Part shown: in pieces, positions 32,426 to 44,000 of the stretch
How positions within the stretch are numbered: the first letter of the stretch is position 1
Layout of the letters: every line of letters begins with the position of its first letter
NCBI GenBank assembly: GCA_977018835.1
Contig: OZ361256.1
Location: forward strand, 6,386,001-6,450,000
From: Minutocellus sp. GHC0000111
Taxonomy: Eukaryota
Direction: 5' to 3'
DNA length: 64,000 bases
The notes under the pieces: generated by a model
What the model was told of the DNA's origin: nothing
The model's input: the letters and a program-made list of their open reading frames with translations, nothing else
The model's database searches: none
Translations under genes and position numbers: made by a program

Positions 32426-32839
32426 GGTACGAATATAGAAGAACTAAGTTACAGAGCGAGGAGAGAAAATTCAAGTCAATAATGAAGCAAAGATATAAAG
32501 GAAAATGATCTTTGTAAAGCAATGAAAAGGCTCCTCTGCTATCATCACCTCGTTAATTTCGGGGATGAGCGGATGGGGAAGGAGCTCGAAAATCGTCTCA
32601 GGGGGCGGGCGACCTGGGAAACGTCGCGGACACAGCCATATCGGGCGATTACGATCGGAAGCACCTCGAAATACTTCGACGATGACGAAAATAGCGATTA
32701 TCAATAAGCACTTACTGAGACGACAGCAGCAATACATGTACCTGCGGTCCTTTGACGGCATGTCAACGGCCGAATAATAATGACGCCGCCGTTGATTGAC
32801 TGTTGACGCGGAAGCTCTCGCACGCCCACCGCAGCAGCC

Positions 32840-32998
32840 GTAGCCTACGCCTAGGCCTACATGTACCTACTACTAGTAGTACGTGTACCTAGGCCTAGGT
32901 AGCTAGGCACGCCTACGCCTACGCCTACGCCTTCGCCAAGCCGGAACCCGGATGCGACGATCTAACGAGCTCGAACGGCTCGAACGGCTCGAACCTCG
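32840..32998. repeat. Palindromic/simple-repeat tract in a divergent promoter
   Basis: cctaggcctacatgtacc, cctaggcctaggtagctagg, repeated gcctac, gctcgaac x3. Confidence 0.8.
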
Positions 32999-33050
32999 TC
33001 ACCATCATCACACCATACCAGCATAGCAAGCTTCGGGAATTTGGGCAACC

Positions 33051-33836
33051 ATGGAATCGTCGTCCGATGACTCGGATCTAGTGGGACCCTCGAGGGCCCG
33101 GGCTCGAGCAGCTAGTGGTGGCGCCGATGGTGATGATGCCGCAAATGCAAAGGACGATGGAGCCGTCCGAAGTGCACTCCACTTTGCCGTGGGGCGAATA
33201 TGTGAGCAGGAGGAGGACGACGACCCGGACGTTGGGGCTCGGATGAGTTCGGATGCCGTTGGCTCTCTCACCGAGCTCGTGTATCAGTATGCCACGACGT
33301 CTCTGGTGAATGATCTTGTCGCATTTAGCCAGCATGCCGGAAGGAAGACCGTGACGGTAGATGATGTAAAGCTTGCCATACGCAAGGACAAGAAGACGCA
33401 CGATAGTCTCAGCAGATTCTGTGAAAGGAAAGGGCTGGGTTCGTCCACTACTTCAACGGGTGCGGCAAAAGGTCGAAAGAAGAAGAAGGCTCCTGCCAAG
33501 GCAGCCTCCGGCGGCAAGAAGACCAAGACGGCCATGTCTGGTCAAGTCGGCACATCGGCGAAGCGCAAGGCCAAGGGCAAGAATGAGGAGAGGCGACAAA
33601 AGATGAGGGATCATATCAACGCAACAAGCTCTTCTGGTGACAGTGACAACATGGAACCGTCTGGAGATGACGATTCCTCTAATGACGATGAGAGCTGTTT
33701 GCAGTCCATGAAGACTCCCAGTCGGAAGAAACCTGGCTCCTCTGGCGTTGGTGGGGCGAAGAAGTCCGATACTGAAAACGATACAACCGACGGGGGTGAT
33801 ACCGACGATATGGTCATTGATCTCGCTAGCGATTAG
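33051..33836 (+). CDS. CENPS: Centromere protein S / MHF1 histone-fold protein
   Basis: ALHFAVGRICE...DLVAFSQHAGRKTVTVDDVKLAIRK. Confidence 0.9.
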   Translation: MESSSDDSDLVGPSRARARAASGGADGDDAANAKDDGAVRSALHFAVGRICEQEEDDDPDVGARMSSDAVGSLTELVYQYATTSLVNDLVAFSQHAGRKTVTVDDVKLAIRKDKKTHDSLSRFCERKGLGSSTTSTGAAKGRKKKKAPAKAASGGKKTKTAMSGQVGTSAKRKAKGKNEERRQKMRDHINATSSSGDSDNMEPSGDDDSSNDDESCLQSMKTPSRKKPGSSGVGGAKKSDTENDTTDGGDTDDMVIDLASD

Positions 33837-33921
33837 TTAGGAAGTGATATATCCACGAGGTAATCTAAACAACAAATAAAAGACGGGTATAACATCTCAA
33901 GGGTTTACATTTCATCTTCAT

Positions 33922-34763
33922 CTACTTTGCACGCTTTCTTCTCCATTTGTACTGTGCCGGTCGTCCATCTTCTGCTGCCTTGAGCTTCCTCTTCCGGCCC
34001 TTGCCCGCGAGAAGCTTCTCCGTGACCAGATGTGCCTCCGCCTTCTCAATCGCTTCAATCCTCTTGGTTCGGGCCTCGAGCTCTCCGTATGCTGCCGATC
34101 GAGCCCTGGCGATCTTCTTGGCTGTTCTCTTGGCCATCTTGGCTTGTTTGGCCAATTCCTTCTCGGTGGGCTGGTACTGATCTTCTTTGTCGCCAGACCA
34201 ATACTCATCTTCGCCATCGACACTGCCAGAGCCACCTCCAGCAGTGCGGATAGTGTCCACACGAGGCCTGTTGAATGAACGACCTGCAAGTTCTGGCAAT
34301 GTGTTGAAATGAGTGGCTACATCGAAATCCTTGGCCTTGCTTTTGCTGTCCACAAAGACGGTGTGCTTCCGCTTCTTCTTTTTGCCCCTGGCATCATCAG
34401 CGTTGTCGTCGGCACCCAAGTAGTGCAGCGATGATTGCATCTTGGCAATCTTATTGGCGTCCTGCTGCCGCTGCATGCGAACGTAGCTCAGATCCTGGCT
34501 CTTCATAATGCGAACGGCATCGGCACCGATGGTACCCTCCAGCTCCTTCTGGCGGGCCTCTTGCGTCTTCCGGTGCTTGCCATCCTTCACCTCGGCGCGG
34601 TTCATGCCAAAGTAAAACTCATCGGGGTTCCTCATCGACGCCTTCTCGCGCAAAGAGCGGAGCCGATCCTCCTTCTTGTGGTAGTCACGAGATCGTACGC
34701 GGTAGTCCTTTTTCTTCTCCAGGATGCCCAAGTGTGCTTCACCGCATTTCGAAGGGACGACAT
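33922..34763 (-). CDS. UTP11: U3 snoRNP protein UTP11 with an apparent N-terminal deletion and frameshift
   Basis: MSSLRNAVK at ATG 34763, then out of frame HLGILEKKKDY, RNPDEFYFGM, YKWRRKRAK. Confidence 0.9.
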
Positions 34764-35131
34764 GGTTGAGAGTAAGGTTGGCTGTGATGAACGCCAAGCG
34801 AACGGTATGGCCTCCTTGTTCTTCTCCTCGCCTCTGTTGCTACGGCCGTAGCAGCTTGCGGGTTGCAGGTTGTGTCAGTTCAGTGGTAATGTGGTACCTA
34901 GGTAATGCTAATGGTGGCTGAGCGAGAGGCTGAGGCGAGGACGGATGATGGCCAGACGTCGACTCACTCGACTCGACTCATGACTTATTCGACCCTGGCT
35001 TGACCGAAGATCGATGATGCATGTGAGAGGCTGCAAGGCGAGGCGACGATGCGACGATGCATCCGCCCCGTGCCAGTGCCCAGCGACACATGCGATGATA
35101 CATGCTTCCACAGAGCAGTTCGGAGACAATA

Positions 35132-35655
35132 ATGAGCCAAGATGAGAGAGAATTTTTTGGTGCAGCTGGCATGACCCCTCCTTCTCGTACAAAGACGTCA
35201 GCTACAACAACAGACGGACCGACGGCCCTACAATATTTGGCGGGAATCTTGATAGTTGGAGCCTCTGCGGGTGCGTACCGGTAGAGTCAGTCAAGTCTGT
35301 TGTAGTTTGTGGCCTACTCGAGCGTCTGGCTAGCGCTTGGTCTGGTGTGATGTGCACTCGGTGGTGTGCATGCAATTGTTCTCGTCTACGAGCGAGTTGC
35401 AGAGTTCTCAAATGCATCTGCTTACTTTGGATTAATCTTTTTCTCTTCTTCTCAACAATCATCGCCATGGCCCTGTCAGGTCTGACGCTGTACACGAAAA
35501 AGACTAGGTCAATGTTAAATCAAATGGAGCGGGTTGGGAAATCTCAGGCACAGCGGAAGGGTCCTCCCAAGTTTGGGCCAAAAACGAAGGATGAACATGA
35601 AAAGACGAGAGTAAGTTGGATTGATGATTGTGTCGATAGCAATTGTACTAGCTAG
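35132..35655 (+). CDS. Small single-TM hypothetical protein, 2 exons
   Basis: Phase-1 intron 35271-35479 joins LAGILIVGASA to GLTLYTKKT...PPKFGPKTK. Confidence 0.65.
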
Positions 35656-36485
35656 TTAGTTGGATCACGCTGCATGCTTGAAAGGATAATTCCTGTTCTG
35701 ATATTCTGTTTATTCCACATGTCTATGAATCAATCGATCGATCGATCGATGAAGCCGAGGTTGGATGATGACGACTTGTTCTGAATCTGCCTGAATGGAA
35801 TGCATGATGCATGATGATAAGGAAAGGAGTGAATTTGCAGATCCACAGCTGGGCGGTGTGGCTGGCGTGAGATGTGAGATTGATGTGATGCCATGAGATA
35901 TGCACATAGAAAGGAACCAAGCTTTGAACTTGTTAGATTGGGGCTGTGCGGGGGGCATGTTGCAAGTGTAAGTCGTCTCAGTTCAACATTGGCAAGCGGA
36001 GAGAGAGAGAGATCCACCAATTGGAAAGAACCACGCCACCATGGACACAAGAAAATAGACTGGTAGATCTACGTGTAGATCTAAAGCTGTACAAGCTAAA
36101 TTCCATGATAATCACTTTACTGGGTAAAGTGTTGAAGTGAGATTCAGTAGATTCATTTGTTTTGATCGATCGATCATCCATACATCCATCGATCCATCAC
36201 GCTTTTGCTTGTTTGACCAGTCTTTTAACGTGATTACCAGTGTCCTTTTCAGTATTCAGCCGCAAACGCACCACAAAAAGGACCACAAAAGCGCAAACGC
36301 TGCGATCGCGACGCACGGGATACCGCTCTGCCGCTCTTTCGCACCAACCGCCGGTTACAGACCCCCGCACAACGCCCGTTTACGGAACTACGAGTACTAC
36401 AGATACCGGCTGAAAGGAGAGCGGTGTCGGTCTCTATTGCCCTGAAGTGTTCATTGATTTGTACCGTGAATAATACCGGAGGAGA

Positions 36486-37580
36486 ATGGCGACGCACGCA
36501 CAAGCACCTGCTGATGACGATTCGGGTTGGGACCACCACCACCATCGAAACGGTGATGCCACCACCAAAGATGGAGTCGGAACGGAAGATTATGGAGGAA
36601 ATATCGAACGCAATAATGTTCCGAAGCAACCGAATCGTAAGCGGACCTATCAGGAGCGTTCTTCGGGGCGGCGACAGGTCGAGTATGACGATGAGTACTA
36701 CCGACCGTACGAGCCTACCAGACGTACACGACCGGCCGGTGGCGACTTTGAAACGAAGCAGTATCGGCCGCGCCACCATCAGCAACAGCCAGTATTGGGT
36801 GCCTTCTACAATTCCGCCAGGGCCTTTGTGGAGGACGGGCCGCTTGCGGCCATGCACGAGCTCGGTTCGATGGGTCCGTTGGCACTGACATTTCTGGCCC
36901 TTTTTTTCAGTCGTCAAGCGACGCGTCAAATGCTGCTATCGCGGTGCAGATACTTGATTGGTGCGCTACGCGGTGCATTTAGTCACATCAAAGCGGCAGT
37001 CCTTGTTGGGTGGGATACCGTCACGACTTTAGCCTCTGTCATGACGCCCTTGTACGGTGTTGACGACGATGACTCTCTTTGTGGCCATCCCGATGAGTCG
37101 TCCGACGACGTGGGAGCACTGAGTGGACGCGGCGGTAGGCGAAGACGCCGGTTCCTGGAAAGGGGCTCAGATTCAGCCAACATTCCTGCTCTAGAAATTG
37201 TACCGCTGCCCGATCAAGACGGTGAGCCTGCAAATGACGACGATGTCGGGGAGGATGGCAATGGGAGGGTGAACAAGAAAGGACGCCGAAAGAAGAAGAG
37301 GCCATGCCGCTTTTGTGGCATTGTGCACATAAAAGGCGGTCGCAGGATGACAAATGGTGGCTATTGCCATGGAATTGACCCTGCTTTCCGAGACGAGAGT
37401 GAATACCCCTCAGAATGGCTTGTCTATGATGCATCATCTGGAGTAGTGCTCAAGAGACTTGCAGACGAAAAGCAAAAGCAGTCACTACCGTCATCTCCTC
37501 CTGCTCCAGCAAGTACTAGTAATAGGACAACCCAGAGCATGCCGGATGACTCGGTGCCGGAAGAGAAGAAAGAAAATTGA
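36486..37580 (+). CDS. Hypothetical membrane-associated protein
   Basis: 364-aa ATG ORF with a central hydrophobic segment, a CxxC, and a C-terminal PAFRDESEYPSEWLVYD block. Confidence 0.6.
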   Translation: MATHAQAPADDDSGWDHHHHRNGDATTKDGVGTEDYGGNIERNNVPKQPNRKRTYQERSSGRRQVEYDDEYYRPYEPTRRTRPAGGDFETKQYRPRHHQQQPVLGAFYNSARAFVEDGPLAAMHELGSMGPLALTFLALFFSRQATRQMLLSRCRYLIGALRGAFSHIKAAVLVGWDTVTTLASVMTPLYGVDDDDSLCGHPDESSDDVGALSGRGGRRRRRFLERGSDSANIPALEIVPLPDQDGEPANDDDVGEDGNGRVNKKGRRKKKRPCRFCGIVHIKGGRRMTNGGYCHGIDPAFRDESEYPSEWLVYDASSGVVLKRLADEKQKQSLPSSPPAPASTSNRTTQSMPDDSVPEEKKEN

Positions 37581-37799
37581 GAGGAACATGGAATTGGTGG
37601 TACGTCCGTGCGAGTTCTAGCTACCATAGGTAGAGTAGCGTAGTAGTAAGATGTGTAACCTAATATACTTCTGTCGAGGCAAACTACGTAACTACACCGA
37701 CTCTTCACACTCACAAAATGCGTACTTAGCTAGGTACCTACTAGACTAGAGTAGAAATTTGCGTTAAGCGGACTTTCTTTTAGGTGTTTACGTTTCAAT

Positions 37800-40700
37800 C
37801 TACAGGAGACCAAAGCGCCCATTGGTAAGATCAGAAACGAATACTTCGCGGTCCATTTTAGATCCGACAACAGAATTGATGAGGGATTTGCTGTCTCCTC
37901 TCACATAAAGTGTGCCCTCAATATCCGTCTTGTCACGGACTAGGATGCACAAGAGACGCTTAGAGGTCCAGCTCGCGAATGCCCACCCATCAGTGCTGCC
38001 ATTATCGATAGTGACTGACAGATTCACTTGTGAGAGACGAGCGATTTCCCTAGCTGCGCAGCCAGCGCTTGGGCCAATGTAATTGTTTTCTGCTGTGTCG
38101 CTGCTATAAGTCACATTTATCGGCTGAGAGGAATGTGGCAGCCGCGACCACAAGAATCTAAAAGCTGACTCGTCACCTTGGGCATTAGCGAAGAAAACAA
38201 GCGGACAGGGCTGCAAAACTATTGATGGCGGGATTGTGAGTGGTTCTCCCGCGAGGATAAAGTCACAAAATTCGTCTCCCTCTTCTTCGCCTTCAGCCTC
38301 GGACTCCAAAAATCCACCACTGCTACTTCCGTTGCCAGTGCTAAAGTCATCCTCGGCATTATCTTCGTCTCCTTCAGCTACATTGGAAAGGGCCACCTTT
38401 GTTGATATGGCAGGCTGTCGGATCCATTGCTGCGTCGTTGTTTCGGATTCCACGTCGCGAAAGGATACACTGGTCTGCAGATCACCGCCCCCTGTTGGCC
38501 AACCATGTGTTTCGATCGTCCATGCAATGTGATCTCCAGCCTTAATCTCTTGTCTGTGAAAAGCAGTTGTACCCAGCGATGTCTCTGGTACTTCTCCAAT
38601 TTCTATCTCAGGGGTTACGCAGGTATCAACGGACAAGTCCAATCTAATTCCCTTTGGTATTGGAACCGCCGTGATGTTATGGAGTTTGGTGACAAAAACA
38701 AGTCTCCGTTCAATCTCGCCATCGTAGCGCGGACAAAATCGAACAGCAAAGTGACTACGCATCGAAATCGGATCTGAAGTACCGCAAACGTTAACCGAGG
38801 AGTTGGTCCATGTTGGAGTGTCAAATGACAAGAGAGATTGACTCGATTCTTTATGGCAATGCTTGGAGGAGGTGATTGACGGAATAGAAAGTCTCAGGGG
38901 ATCAATAGGGCGCATTGCCTGTCGCGTGGATCCAACGATAATCTGTGCTGTTTCCATTGCCAGTTGCGATCGAAACAAAATGACTTGTCGGTAGTGTTGA
39001 AACAAATAGCCATGGTCGAAGGTATCGCCAATGATTCTGCGTTGTGGTCCTCCCGCATTCTTGTTGTTATTTTTGTTCGAAGTATCGACAGAGAAAGAGT
39101 TCAAATATTGATATCCCGAATCCAAGATCAAGGACATGTTTGTGCCGAGGTTTTTCTCTGTGTGGGGGGTCTGCCCACGGTTTTTCTTCGGTGTATTGAA
39201 ATTGGTGCGCTCTCGCTCAATCAGCGGAGAGCAGTAGACTGGGGCCGTCACTTGCTCTCCGGCAAAATTGGTGCCATTAGAGTACCCTCGATCTTTTCCT
39301 GAGGCAGCTGATTGGATTCTTCTGGATGCCAAGATGCATTCTTCGACCATTCTTTGACGTATCGCTTGCTTGTCTTCACCTGAGATGGGTCCCTTCTCTT
39401 TGTCATCCCGGCCCTGGTCATTCAAGATGGCAGTAGACACGGAAACGATGTACGCGGTGTCATCCTCGGTTGAGGTAGAACTGTTGTAGTTACCGTATCG
39501 TAGTGACCAATCGTTGGCCGCTAGAGCCATGTTTTCAATACAGGCAATGCAGACAAGTAGATCGCGCATGGCTGCATCTCTCGCTGCTGTAGGAGATCCG
39601 TTGGGCGCCAAACTTTCTTGCTCTTCGGTGAGATGAGATATTTCACTCGAGAGCTTCGATAATATTTCTCTCGCGTTCATCTCATTCAAGGTATTTGCAG
39701 GTGCTTCTCCGTTCATTCCCTCCTGCGACTGTAGTGTAAGTCTGCAAACCTGAACCCAGTAGTCTGAGAGCAATGCCAGCAACGCGATGCGAACACCTCG
39801 ATGAGGAATGCCTTCCGAGAGCTTTGTTTCCACTATCCAATCCATGAGATCTGATAACAACCCAAGAACAAAGGTGTCGTCTCTGAGCGGAGCAGCTTCT
39901 GCCAATGCGGCAAGTTCGTTATCGATTTCACCGTTGGCCTGGAAGCTAATCATATTAGCTGAAATAGATGATGAAGCATCCATTAAATCAGTCGCTGCCA
40001 AGCATTGAGACAACAATTGCAAGTAAGCTCCTCGGGCTGCAATTGAGATTGTAGTGCATTTTTGAGGTCTTGAATCAGATCTTCTCTTTTCTTCAACAAT
40101 GCGTGGGACAGGGTCTCTCCAGCTTAAGCAGCATGATAACTCATAAAGGAGAGCAAGAGAGGCACGATGCCAGGCTCCTACTGAATTGATAGTCCAGTCC
40201 CCTTCGCGAAAGTTTGTACCATCCTTGGCGGCATCACGTTGGTCGATGATGAACTGACCCAACAATCTTCTACCTATCAGAGATGCGACTGAACAGAATA
40301 CCAGGACTAGTTCATCAGCTGTGTTGGTGGCACTAAATTTGTCGGCATGGTAGTTTCCTGATCCATCATCGTATACAATGAGCGACTCGGTGCCATGACT
40401 GCCCCCTCCCCTTCCTTTCTTCTTCTTTTTCTTCTGACGATTTGGATCTGATCGTAGCGTTAGGATTGATTGAACTACCGGACTGCTGAGAACATCTCCT
40501 ACCAAGCTTGAACGAACCCCATTGCCGTGATTCTCATCATAAGCGTCACTGTCGCCGTCGGCTGGGTTGGGCATTACTGCGAGCAATGCCGCTTCAATCA
40601 ATAAACCTAATCTCACTGGCCTTCGAACAGACCCGTCAGATAGAGGCAGGCCCGCCGAGCCAACTGTCGCTGGTATCATTTCGGTTGCTGGAAGCATCTT

Positions 40701-42476
40701 AATCATGGCGTCAATCGATAGCGATAGGGCCTCGGCGCGCTCGCCTGGTGGGAATCCACGGAGGGCAATCAAAAGTATGGCAAAAATGGAAGCATCCAGA
40801 GTCTTGTGCGAGGCAGCGGCCGATCGAATAATGTCTGACATGGTCCCAACAACAGCACGACAAACCTCCTCGGTCCACTCAGCAGCGGGGCAGGCATGAA
40901 CGAGCCGCAGGGCCGCAAGCGATGCTGCCTTGCCCATCGATACAGTCCCACCCGCTGCCTTGGCTGCTAGTCCGTCTACTCCGAAGGACGATCCATCTGT
41001 CAATATTGGGAGGATGAGGGTATCAATGGTCTCTCCGGCCATGCCTCGTGCATCCATCTCCGTCCATCGCTTGGCAAATCCCGCTCTGTCCATTCCTAAA
41101 GATGAGCACTTCTCTGTCTTGAGCATGTAGCTCAGGGCTCCGGTCACAAAGGGCAGAGTTCGCTCCACGTGGCTCATCCCAGACGATGCACCGAAAGGTG
41201 GCGTCGGACGGTACTGACGAATCCTGTGCAATATCCTCCGCATCCGAGGAGGAATGAGGCCGGAATAGACCCGGCTGGCCAATTCATGCATAGCCGTGGC
41301 ATTGGGCGATAGCGTCGACAAAGACAGGGCCGAGTCAACTCGGCCACAACCACTTGCCATCCAAGTTGGATCACCAGTCCCTCTCCACGTGGGGTCGGAC
41401 GATACCATGGACGCAATCTCGGCCGCAAGGGCGTCGAAACCCCCATCGAATCGTCCCGCCAGGGCCGCGGAACTGGGCGTTATGGAGGAGGAGCTCAACA
41501 CCAGCATCCCCACCGCCTCAAAGGCCGCGGAGCTCACCCCATCGTCGTCCTCCTCCAGACCCACTCCCAGCAATGTCGCCGCAACGTCGTTGACCACCTC
41601 GTCCGATACTCGGGAGGCAATGCCAGCATCCCTCTGGGCGTAGGTTTCGATGCCCTCCTCACTCTCTCTGGTTCGGGCATACACCGACCGTCCGACCAGG
41701 GCCAGGGTCTGGAGGGCCAGGATGCGACATCGCCGATCGGTATGAGCCGTGCAGCACGTGATGAGCGACCGCAGGGTCGGTATGGCCACCGCGGCATGGT
41801 CCGATGGACACAGGAGGAGGGAGGAGCACACGGTGGGACCAGCACTTCCTGCGCCCGCCGCCAAGTCCATCCCTCCATCGTCGACCGAACCACCCACACC
41901 ACCGGTGGCCCACTGATTCAATGCCAAACAGCTTCGCGAGACTGCTCCAAATGCCGACCGTTCGTCATTGAGGGATGCCAAATGCAATCTTGGATCGGAT
42001 GGGTCGAGCTGCTGCATCAGCTCGGCAACCTCCGCCCTTCCAGCACTACTACTGGCACCACCACTGCCAATACCGCCAAGTGCGCTGGACGAACCCCCCA
42101 AGGTGGAGAGGGAGACGTTGAGATCGGCCATGGCCGCAACAGCCGCCGCGGTGGCATGGGCATTGCCGCCCTTGCTGTTGGACGCCGCGCCCGACGTGGA
42201 ACGGAACGACAGAGATACGACCGAGCTGTCGTCGGCACTGGTCGGCATTCCTCTCCGGCCTCTGCCACCAACACCTGCTCCTCCTATGCCATCGTCGTCC
42301 GACAAGACGCTGGAGAGCGGTCCCCGATCGCCGCCGTTGCTGCCAGCACCAGCATCGCCGCCGCCAGAGGAAGGGGTGTACTCGCCGCCGGCCGATGACG
42401 AACGAGCGGTGGAATTTGTGGAGGTGGTCGAAACGGCAAGGGACCGCTTCGACGCCCTGGATTGACGAGAGGACAT
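37800..42476 (-). CDS. 1558-aa helical-repeat protein with a beta-COP/TPLATE-like appendage
   Basis: Single long ORF with a HEAT-like N-terminal half. C-terminal CGTSDPI...LHNIT and FRFLWSRLP. Confidence 0.6.
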   Translation of the reverse strand: MSSRQSRASKRSLAVSTTSTNSTARSSSAGGEYTPSSGGGDAGAGSNGGDRGPLSSVLSDDDGIGGAGVGGRGRRGMPTSADDSSVVSLSFRSTSGAASNSKGGNAHATAAAVAAMADLNVSLSTLGGSSSALGGIGSGGASSSAGRAEVAELMQQLDPSDPRLHLASLNDERSAFGAVSRSCLALNQWATGGVGGSVDDGGMDLAAGAGSAGPTVCSSLLLCPSDHAAVAIPTLRSLITCCTAHTDRRCRILALQTLALVGRSVYARTRESEEGIETYAQRDAGIASRVSDEVVNDVAATLLGVGLEEDDDGVSSAAFEAVGMLVLSSSSITPSSAALAGRFDGGFDALAAEIASMVSSDPTWRGTGDPTWMASGCGRVDSALSLSTLSPNATAMHELASRVYSGLIPPRMRRILHRIRQYRPTPPFGASSGMSHVERTLPFVTGALSYMLKTEKCSSLGMDRAGFAKRWTEMDARGMAGETIDTLILPILTDGSSFGVDGLAAKAAGGTVSMGKAASLAALRLVHACPAAEWTEEVCRAVVGTMSDIIRSAAASHKTLDASIFAILLIALRGFPPGERAEALSLSIDAMIKMLPATEMIPATVGSAGLPLSDGSVRRPVRLGLLIEAALLAVMPNPADGDSDAYDENHGNGVRSSLVGDVLSSPVVQSILTLRSDPNRQKKKKKKGRGGGSHGTESLIVYDDGSGNYHADKFSATNTADELVLVFCSVASLIGRRLLGQFIIDQRDAAKDGTNFREGDWTINSVGAWHRASLALLYELSCCLSWRDPVPRIVEEKRRSDSRPQKCTTISIAARGAYLQLLSQCLAATDLMDASSSISANMISFQANGEIDNELAALAEAAPLRDDTFVLGLLSDLMDWIVETKLSEGIPHRGVRIALLALLSDYWVQVCRLTLQSQEGMNGEAPANTLNEMNAREILSKLSSEISHLTEEQESLAPNGSPTAARDAAMRDLLVCIACIENMALAANDWSLRYGNYNSSTSTEDDTAYIVSVSTAILNDQGRDDKEKGPISGEDKQAIRQRMVEECILASRRIQSAASGKDRGYSNGTNFAGEQVTAPVYCSPLIERERTNFNTPKKNRGQTPHTEKNLGTNMSLILDSGYQYLNSFSVDTSNKNNNKNAGGPQRRIIGDTFDHGYLFQHYRQVILFRSQLAMETAQIIVGSTRQAMRPIDPLRLSIPSITSSKHCHKESSQSLLSFDTPTWTNSSVNVCGTSDPISMRSHFAVRFCPRYDGEIERRLVFVTKLHNITAVPIPKGIRLDLSVDTCVTPEIEIGEVPETSLGTTAFHRQEIKAGDHIAWTIETHGWPTGGGDLQTSVSFRDVESETTTQQWIRQPAISTKVALSNVAEGDEDNAEDDFSTGNGSSSGGFLESEAEGEEEGDEFCDFILAGEPLTIPPSIVLQPCPLVFFANAQGDESAFRFLWSRLPHSSQPINVTYSSDTAENNYIGPSAGCAAREIARLSQVNLSVTIDNGSTDGWAFASWTSKRLLCILVRDKTDIEGTLYVRGDSKSLINSVVGSKMDREVFVSDLTNGRFGLL

Positions 42477-42860
42477 GCTGACTAAAGGGCTGCGATTATG
42501 CTAATCAACAAATCGCAAGTGCTGCCGGGAGTGGAGCGGCGGGAGGGCAATAATTATATCGTTGCGTATCCTCCGAGTGAGCACAGCGTTTGGCCTTCGC
42601 CGTCCGTCTCGATGTGGCTTGCGGCTATCAGGCCCCGCTTTCACGCCACTACTTTCGGGAAATGCACAGTAGTGCTGTGTGATAAATGCTAATGGACGCG
42701 GCACCGGTAGCGTAGGTCAGAGCGCCGGTATGGTATCTCCTCGTCGGTATTACCTCCGGCGGTTTGGCATTTGGCACGAGATGTGCTGACTGCTGCTGCT
42801 GACCTGCTGACCAACCTCCGGGTTTCCCAACCGCTGCAAAAGTCTTCATTTTCAGCGGCC

Positions 42861-43784
42861 ATGACGTTCCGTCCGAACGCCGCTCTGCAGCAACTGCTCG
42901 TCGCCGCCCTGCTCTGTGCATCGCTGCTACTGCGTACATTCCATGGCGCTGCATCTGATTCGGCATCTACCACTTCTAGATTCTGGAGGCCGCTATCAGC
43001 CGCAGCCCCCACAGCCAGTGATGAGCAAGCTCAGAATGCTGATGACCGTCATGATCACGCCTGCGCCTTCTTTCTGTGGGACGTCCCCTCCCTCATCCAA
43101 TACAAGCTGTGCGAGCATCTGCTCCGGCAGAACGTGTACGAGGCCAAGGGTGGGAAAAAGATGGTGCGGATCCGGCCGGGTTCGGCTCTGGAATATCTCT
43201 ATCCCTTGTCTCGACATGCTCCGGATCGATGTGCGCTGTGTGGTCGTACGTTCGAGGATCATCTGCGCCGTTGGTGGGAGAAGAAGGGTGGGGTCGGCAC
43301 GGCCTACGATCGATTGTTGGATGCTACGTACGATGAGGGCGTGAGTGTGGTCTATCTGGGTACGGGCGGTGCTGGTGCTGGTGCTGGTGCTAGTGCTGGT
43401 AATGACAACAAGAAAAGCTTTCCTGTCTACTCATTCCACAGACGATACGTGGAAGACCTCCCAAAGGAGGACCAAGATCAACCATTTTTATCACTATCTC
43501 GACCAACCAAAGAAAGGGAAATGAGGAGATCGAAAAAGGCCCAAAAGAACAGGGCGGGTCTATTCGATGATGACGACGACGAAGACGATGATGAGTACGA
43601 GAAATACACCAGAGGCCCGGTACCCTACCGGATTCCTCGCTTTTCACCAAAGGGTATGGGCTCATTGTGGAAGGCTCTGGGTCTACTCTTGGCGAGAAAC
43701 ATGGCCCTGGATGAAGTCGACAAGCTCATTGAATTGGAAACGAAGGAGAATCAACTTCTGGAGAGAAGAGCGAGCATGTTTTGA
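42861..43784 (+). CDS. Hypothetical secreted protein
   Basis: ATG 42861, signal peptide LLVAALLCASLLL, CxxC motif. Confidence 0.55.
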   Translation: MTFRPNAALQQLLVAALLCASLLLRTFHGAASDSASTTSRFWRPLSAAAPTASDEQAQNADDRHDHACAFFLWDVPSLIQYKLCEHLLRQNVYEAKGGKKMVRIRPGSALEYLYPLSRHAPDRCALCGRTFEDHLRRWWEKKGGVGTAYDRLLDATYDEGVSVVYLGTGGAGAGAGASAGNDNKKSFPVYSFHRRYVEDLPKEDQDQPFLSLSRPTKEREMRRSKKAQKNRAGLFDDDDDEDDDEYEKYTRGPVPYRIPRFSPKGMGSLWKALGLLLARNMALDEVDKLIELETKENQLLERRASMF

Positions 43785-44000
43785 GTGATGGAGGTGGAAT
43801 GGCTCGATTTGCTTTCCTGTGCTCTCTACAGCTGGGGCACAGTATCTAGACTCTAGCGATGTAGTAGCAAGATCAAAAGAAGCTGAATATTCTTTGGTAC
43901 GTGGTAAGTGAGAGTTCGTTTCTTGATTCAAGTGCATTCTATTGATTATGATCTAATCCCCCCCTCTCGCAATTATTCGATCCGATTCATTTTTTCATAA

